The notes under the pieces: model-generated
The model's database searches: none
Seen by the model: the letters and a program-made list of their open reading frames with translations, nothing else
Told to the model about the DNA's origin: nothing
Virus record (IMG/VR): IMGVR_UViG_3300036970_000245
Reading direction: 5' to 3' (one strand)
Length of the DNA: 64,000 nt
From: a virus
In this document: positions 59,070 to 64,000 of the stretch, one piece after another
Layout of the letters: each line of letters opens with the position of its first letter
Position numbering within the stretch: position 1 is the stretch's first letter
Program-made: the position numbers and the translations under genes

Positions 59070-60857
59070 CTAATTTGCGGGCGCCCGCCAGCCGAAGGTT
59101 CTTGTTCCAACGTCAAATGCTTGGACATAGCCCTCTGCAACAAGAACATCATCATTTGTGAACTTACTACCATCTTCATGCAAAACAGGGTAACGAGAAC
59201 CAACTTCAAAGCCAAGCAACTTATCAGCAGACAAAAGTCTAGCAGAAGCAGCCTTTACAAAAAGAGGTCCAGATGTATCAGTATCAACAGTTCTGACCCA
59301 AGTACCAGAAGGTCTATTAGTAGAAACAAGACTCCAACCAGGATTCAATGACTCAGCACTACCGCCACCTAAAGCAAGATCAACATAAGAAACAATACTC
59401 CCAGGGCTCACCTTACGCATAAAATACTTATCACACTTCTGTAAACCACCCTGAACATGCCAACCCATCTTAGAACAGCTACGAATAGCCTCCCACTCAA
59501 ACTTCTTACTCATCCTAGCAGGGCCATACGTCTGCACATGAACAAGATCTCCCTCAAAGAAAACCCCAACACAAAACGTCTGTTTCCTAGCGCCGCCTAA
59601 AAGATGATTCTCTTTCAAGAACTTGTTAGCGATTGACTGTGGGATTTCCTTCACATCGCACTTTTTAGCTCTGACTTTGTGCTCATCAAGATGAAGTTTA
59701 GACCGAATTATGCTTATGAAAATCTTTTCATCCATCCAATCAAAATATTGCAAAAGAGTCTTACCGGCTTTTTCAGCAGCCAAGAAACGCCGCTGGTGAG
59801 AGTCAGTAGGTTTAGGCTGATGCCCTTTTTTGGTGCATGGTTTATCTGTGCATCTTCCAATAGCGTGAGGGAAACTTATTGTAGAGTTATGAGAAATTGT
59901 AGGGTTAATGTCGATAAGAAGACCATTTACTTCTAAATCAAAGTAGTATTGACCGACCTTTACCTCTAGGTTGACAGTAACACCAAGAGCTTTTTCAAGC
60001 TTCTCGGCCCACCGTCGATTTAGTTTAGAGACTCGAGCGGGTGAACTATCTGCGACTCCAGGAAGTAAGAAGGCGTTACTAACTCCATAACGCTCCATAA
60101 GAGTTAATTCGCCCTTTTTGTTACGTTCATTGTAGTTAGTGATTGCAGTAGTGCACTCTGGAGAGCAAGTTTGTGACTTATGGACTGACGGTAATGGCCT
60201 ACTAGTTCTTGTGTAGACTTTTCCGCAATTCAGACAAGTGTTTTTATGTGGTCTGCTACAAATCTTTGCTGCACCTGTTTTACTCTGAAATTCTAACCCG
60301 CAATCTTGGCAAATAAGAGTGAATTCTCGATCTTTAGAAGAGCAAGAAATTGAGCAGTATTTTGTTAAGCGTTTTGGGTTTTTTAAAAGAATAGACTCCC
60401 CACACCCAATGCAATCACTATAATGGTCTTTATCACAATAAACCTTCATACTGTTCGTTGTAGTGAAGTTTTCACCGCACCTTTTGCAAACAAGTTCATA
60501 TGTTTTGCCAGTAACAGAACAGCGTTGCGAACAATAGTCTCTAATTCTTGAATGATTCAGAATCTCGAATTGCTCATGACAGCCCTGACATGCTTTAAAA
60601 TGCTTCTTACTGCAAACTTTAGCATTAGAGTTTGAAGCAATAAACTCATCACCACAAAGCTTACAATTCTTATTGATTTGGGAGACTCTGTTGCGATACT
60701 TAGCACCACATGAACCACCACAAAACTCTGGTGGCTTAACTACCTTCTTCACCAAGTAGTCTTTACCACAGTTCTTGCAGGGTCTATAATGCTCTACTTT
60801 AGCACAGAACGCTCCACGACCAACAGCTTCATCACCACAAATACGACATAGTTTCAT
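59070..60857 (-). CDS. Endonuclease-like protein: 8 Cys-rich repeats, Vsr/PD-(D/E)XK-like domain, Hef-associated domain
   Basis: Eight CxxC...C-x3/4-(H/C) units; FDLEV...IDINP..SHN...LLQYFDW; AKKC...FLKENHLLG; TAAAAT 6 nt before the ATG. Confidence 0.75.
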   Translation of the reverse strand: MKLCRICGDEAVGRGAFCAKVEHYRPCKNCGKDYLVKKVVKPPEFCGGSCGAKYRNRVSQINKNCKLCGDEFIASNSNAKVCSKKHFKACQGCHEQFEILNHSRIRDYCSQRCSVTGKTYELVCKRCGENFTTTNSMKVYCDKDHYSDCIGCGESILLKNPKRLTKYCSISCSSKDREFTLICQDCGLEFQSKTGAAKICSRPHKNTCLNCGKVYTRTSRPLPSVHKSQTCSPECTTAITNYNERNKKGELTLMERYGVSNAFLLPGVADSSPARVSKLNRRWAEKLEKALGVTVNLEVKVGQYYFDLEVNGLLIDINPTISHNSTISFPHAIGRCTDKPCTKKGHQPKPTDSHQRRFLAAEKAGKTLLQYFDWMDEKIFISIIRSKLHLDEHKVRAKKCDVKEIPQSIANKFLKENHLLGGARKQTFCVGVFFEGDLVHVQTYGPARMSKKFEWEAIRSCSKMGWHVQGGLQKCDKYFMRKVSPGSIVSYVDLALGGGSAESLNPGWSLVSTNRPSGTWVRTVDTDTSGPLFVKAASARLLSADKLLGFEVGSRYPVLHEDGSKFTNDDVLVAEGYVQAFDVGTRTFGWRAPAN

Positions 60858-60970
60858 ATGTCAATTTTACCAATTTTTGGAATTGCTCAATTTAGCGCAA
60901 CCATTTCTTAAGTCTTCATGGGTTGGGTAAAGCTTTGGTCCATGTGGTTGACGTAACGGGTGACTATAGC

Positions 60971-61756
60971 TTACTTGCTGTACTTCTTGAATTTCACCTT
61001 GACCCGCTGGTCTTTAGGTAGTTCTTCTTGCTTACTTTTGAAATCATAAAGAAATGTAGTGTCCACAATCTCAGGCCCAGTAACAGTTCCGTCAGGATGC
61101 TCAAAGTACGCTACCCAATTATGCTCACTTCCAGCAACAATAACTTCTTTTTCTTTATCGCTGTCACGAGAAATAGTAAGATCAAAATGAGACTGTTCTG
61201 TCGGCTGGTATTTTCTTGTAATAAGTGTCTCTTGACTGTAATTGTCGAAAATGACATCGTTGACTTCAAGGTCTTTAAGCTTTTTGAGACCTGTTGGTGT
61301 GGGAATAAGCGTTTCTTCAGAAAGCGCCTTCACGCCCGACGGACTAAGCAACTCGCCCATCTCGTCAATCATGACTAGTAAAGCCTGACCAGATTCTGGG
61401 AGATCCAAGAAGTTGTTAAGACCCAGTTGCTCTAGTTCTGCATATCTTTTCATCATTGTTTCTTGAGCGAACCGGAGTACAGTAAGAGCGTCTTCAAGAG
61501 TTGTTGCAATGCCTAATACTACGTTAGAGTATGCTCGGAATGAAGATAGTTCTACTTTTTTCAGATCAATCCCTAGGAAGCGCCAATGATTAGGGCGTAA
61601 GATGGTAGAGAGGATAATACTGCGTTGCACTACAGAGTTATGTGAAATTACTGACCGCCCGTCAGTGCCGCCCGCTGCAAAAAGTCGGTCAGGTGCGTCT
61701 ACTTCGATACATCTCGAAGGTTTCGGTTCAATTTCGGTAATTTTTTTCAGTTTCAC
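60971..61756 (-). CDS. IntC / central FtsK-like ATPase segment / IntN
   Basis: aa 1-40 intein C-half ending SHN|S; aa 41-143 with IDLKKVEL, M..RY and Walker B LLVMIDE; aa 144-261 intein N-half ALSEETLIPTPTG...AGSEHNW. Confidence 0.9.
   Translation of the reverse strand: MKLKKITEIEPKPSRCIEVDAPDRLFAAGGTDGRSVISHNSVVQRSIILSTILRPNHWRFLGIDLKKVELSSFRAYSNVVLGIATTLEDALTVLRFAQETMMKRYAELEQLGLNNFLDLPESGQALLVMIDEMGELLSPSGVKALSEETLIPTPTGLKKLKDLEVNDVIFDNYSQETLITRKYQPTEQSHFDLTISRDSDKEKEVIVAGSEHNWVAYFEHPDGTVTGPEIVDTTFLYDFKSKQEELPKDQRVKVKFKKYSK
60974..61327 (-). mobile_element. Split intein N-fragment (IntN-2), Ala1, class 3 signature
   Basis: Block A ALSEETLIPTPTGLKKLKDLEVND; block B VAGSEHNW with Trp; ends at a stop without blocks F/G. 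Confidence 0.88.
61637..61756 (-). mobile_element. Split intein C-fragment (IntC-1)
   Basis: RCIEVDAPDRLF (block F Cys), VISHN, +1 Ser. Confidence 0.88.
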
Positions 61757-61905
61757 TTCGCCTCTATCGTATTTTTAGGTGGAACGCTTTGTTTTACTAT
61801 AATCCTAGTAGAACGGTCAAAAAGTTTTATCTTATGGAAGAAATATCAAAAGCCAGGTGCCTTCTAGGCTGGTTAGGGACTCTTATTTCATGATAAAGCT
61901 TTCTG

Positions 61906-61947
61906 TAACTCCGCCGTCAACATTTATGTTAGTTGACGGCGGAGTTA
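61906..61947. terminator. Hairpin / probable terminator
   Basis: 16-bp perfect arms TAACTCCGCCGTCAAC...GTTGACGGCGGAGTTA downstream of 61970..62287. Confidence 0.7.
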
Positions 61948-61969
61948 GTGTGTTCGGTGTTATTACTTG

Positions 61970-62287
61970 TTAGAGCCTGGAGATTGGGGACTCCCATGAC
62001 TCAACCGGGATGATGGCTTTAACCTTTGTGCTGACAAACCATATATCCCTGGACGTAATGAAGAGGTGCTTGTCTACTACCGGAGCGGTAGCGTCTTCCC
62101 ACTCGTCAGGGGCGTTCCAGGGAAAGTCAAGAGTGGTCCCTACCTTGAGACCCCAGAGGCGGACCGTGACCTCGTGGCGCTCCCCTGTTTTAGGGAATCT
62201 TGACCAGCGCCCCTGCTCGATGTCAATTCTGTACACTCTCCCACTGTAGGTAATTGCGTCAATTATCCCACGTTTTTCGTTAGCCAT
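61970..62287 (-). CDS. Hypothetical protein
   Basis: GAGGTG RBS before MANEK; TTGACA-N17-AATAGT at 62322-62350. Confidence 0.7.
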   Translation of the reverse strand: MANEKRGIIDAITYSGRVYRIDIEQGRWSRFPKTGERHEVTVRLWGLKVGTTLDFPWNAPDEWEDATAPVVDKHLFITSRDIWFVSTKVKAIIPVESWESPISRL

Positions 62288-62346
62288 GGCACACCTCAAC
62301 CGTTATTAGTTTATAGAAACCACTATTGCACATTTTCTCAGTCTTG

Positions 62347-62907
62347 TCAAATTTCCTTGTGCATACGCTCTAGGACCGTATCATCAAGCTGAAGGAAGTC
62401 GTTGACTTGGAAGGTGACGTACTCCTCGGTGACATCCTCGGAAAGGGTGATCGTAGAGTGCTTGTGGTAGATGTTTTTGATTGCTTCATATTTTGCGAAA
62501 AGTTTGCTGCTGTTGAGCGGTGCGTCCTGGTTTTGTTCGGTGAAGAAGCCTGTCTTGTTTGTGGTGAAGACGATTACGCTGTTAATGTTGAGTGTTTCTT
62601 CAGAGCAGAGGCGCTTGAGTTCGTCTCGGACTTTAAGAATCACGCTCCAGTCATTTAGGGTGTCGAATAGTTCGTCAAGATAGATTTCTTGTTTTGAGAT
62701 GTAGACGAGTTTACCGCTAGACTCTCGGAGGTTTCGGTAGGTTGTGACAATTTCGTTTGCTACGTTGACAACATCTTCGTGTCTCTTATTGATAAGTCCT
62801 GTGTTGTAGTAATTTACGAAGTCTTCAGAGCTTTTAAAGATTGTTCGGGATAGGTTGTCCTCAAGTCTTTGGGCGTCTTCATTGTTTACAGGCATTAGTT
62901 TGGGCAC
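62347..62907 (-). CDS. Hypothetical protein
   Basis: 186 aa, AGGA RBS, GATATT upstream. Confidence 0.7.
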   Translation of the reverse strand: MPKLMPVNNEDAQRLEDNLSRTIFKSSEDFVNYYNTGLINKRHEDVVNVANEIVTTYRNLRESSGKLVYISKQEIYLDELFDTLNDWSVILKVRDELKRLCSEETLNINSVIVFTTNKTGFFTEQNQDAPLNSSKLFAKYEAIKNIYHKHSTITLSEDVTEEYVTFQVNDFLQLDDTVLERMHKEI

Positions 62908-63046
62908 AGTATGTTCCTATCATTATTGTGGAGAATCAATCTTAAATATCGGCATAGCAAATGTCTTGCGCCCTTTCTCTGGGTTTGACTTTCGGGGGGT
63001 TTAATGGGTAGAATGGATTATATTAATATAATAGTGAGGTACTCTT

Positions 63047-63493
63047 ATGAACGACAGTGTAGCTGAATCCTTAACCAACAAGCCTGGTGTGCTTGAAGAG
63101 CTTCGAGGCTTAGGTTCTTTTGGTCAGTTATGGACTTCGTCGGTCATTATTTTCTGTATTGTAAGAGCTGTTGTTGTTTGGCCCACTCTTGTTAAGTATA
63201 ACGTTAACCCTTGGTGGTTTCTGGCTCTTGATGTTGGCACTGCACCTACCTATGGTTTAGGTCAGGTTATGGGGGTTAAGATTTTACGGGATAAGACTAG
63301 GAAGGTAAGTGATGCACTTCCGTGGATTTGTATGGTCTTTATCTCGTTTGTTGCCCCTTATGCCTATGTGCTTGCTTCTGCGGGAAAGCTTCCGTCGTAT
63401 GTAGTAGTTGGAGTGCTGTTGTGGCTTTTGGTGTTCGGACTCCTTGGTGCGTGGCGCATTATCAAGGAAGTCCGAGCACCTGAGCGTGTTTAG
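63047..63493 (+). CDS. Membrane protein
   Basis: 148 aa, about four TM segments, GAGG RBS. Confidence 0.75.
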   Translation: MNDSVAESLTNKPGVLEELRGLGSFGQLWTSSVIIFCIVRAVVVWPTLVKYNVNPWWFLALDVGTAPTYGLGQVMGVKILRDKTRKVSDALPWICMVFISFVAPYAYVLASAGKLPSYVVVGVLLWLLVFGLLGAWRIIKEVRAPERV

Positions 63494-63496
63494 AGC

Positions 63497-64000
63497 CTAT
63501 TTGAGCACGGGGATTTCGCAAACGTCATTGGTGCAGTACTTTTCCCCAAGAGCCTCTTCACCGACATTGTAGACGGTTTCACGGTTCAGTGGTCGTAGTT
63601 TTGCACAGGCTTTACGGTATTCAGCCTCAGTGATTTCCTCGTAAGGCATTTGCTTGTAGGTGTCCTTATCCATTGGAAAGAATGAGAGAGTCTTCATGCG
63701 ACCTTCGTAGAGTGAGAGGATTGAAGGAATGTGAACACCTTCAGTCTCCCGGTCATATGAGACAGTAACACTCACGCTGTTGTCACTCCACCAGTGCTGT
63801 GCTTCGGCTGCAAGAGCAACCTTCTCCCAGATTGAGACGTCTTTTTCGGATCGAATAAAGGGTGATTCGATTGGGAACTCGACAACAAATTGGCCCTTTG
63901 AGTAAAAGGATGGCTCAACAGTATAACCGGCCTCACGAAGCGAATCAAGGAGAACGCTTGGGGCCATGGTCATGCGCCGAATGTAGAATCCTGCGGCGGG
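63497..64000 (-). CDS. nrdJ: Class II (B12-dependent) ribonucleotide reductase, C-terminal part (runs off window)
   Basis: YIRR, WSDNSVSVTV, YKQMPYEEIT, C-terminal redox pair YCTNDVCEI; frame open to the window edge. Confidence 0.88.
   Translation of the reverse strand, partial: PAAGFYIRRMTMAPSVLLDSLREAGYTVEPSFYSKGQFVVEFPIESPFIRSEKDVSIWEKVALAAEAQHWWSDNSVSVTVSYDRETEGVHIPSILSLYEGRMKTLSFFPMDKDTYKQMPYEEITEAEYRKACAKLRPLNRETVYNVGEEALGEKYCTNDVCEIPVLK

Noticed and set aside
50790..60971. Group I/II intron or DNA excision element joining the FtsK pieces
   Set aside because: Each piece has its own start and stop with intein half motifs at the breakpoints; no RT, recombinase or flanking repeats seen.

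Overview
A gene-dense segment, mostly on the minus strand, of a large mobile element. It is probably a conjugative megaplasmid or a jumbo-phage-like replicon; an actinobacterial host is inferred, not shown. I found no rRNA, tRNA, CRISPR array or virion genes. (1) 0-20 kb is an accessory array of short genes, many behind near-consensus TTGACA-N17-TANNNT promoters and often leaderless: PnuC plus NadR-like NAD salvage, a cell-wall peptidase, vWA, kinase, GNAT, HNH, a deaminase and two unannotated acidic micro-peptides. (2) About 21.2-22.7 kb is non-coding, has a sharp inversion of very strong CA/GT skew and short repeats (candidate origin), and precedes a Replic_Relax-type relaxase coupled to a PilT-like ATPase. 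(3) 26-49 kb holds LigA, an interleaved Tad pilus/TcpE/VirB4 transfer locus, RadA, topoisomerase IIA subunit A, RecX and nucleases. (4) 50-62 kb holds the main finding: an FtsK-like ATPase broken into at least three genes joined by two split inteins with class 3 signatures. The two pieces seen here are about 10 kb apart, and each abuts a zinc-finger-repeat endonuclease-like gene. Other unexplained patterns: a shared ~45-aa H-C-C-H N-terminal leader on five unrelated proteins, a GATATT motif upstream of the transfer genes, and a dispersed GTCAGCT-N25-AGCTGAC palindrome. All family assignments come from motif recognition by eye; no searches were run.
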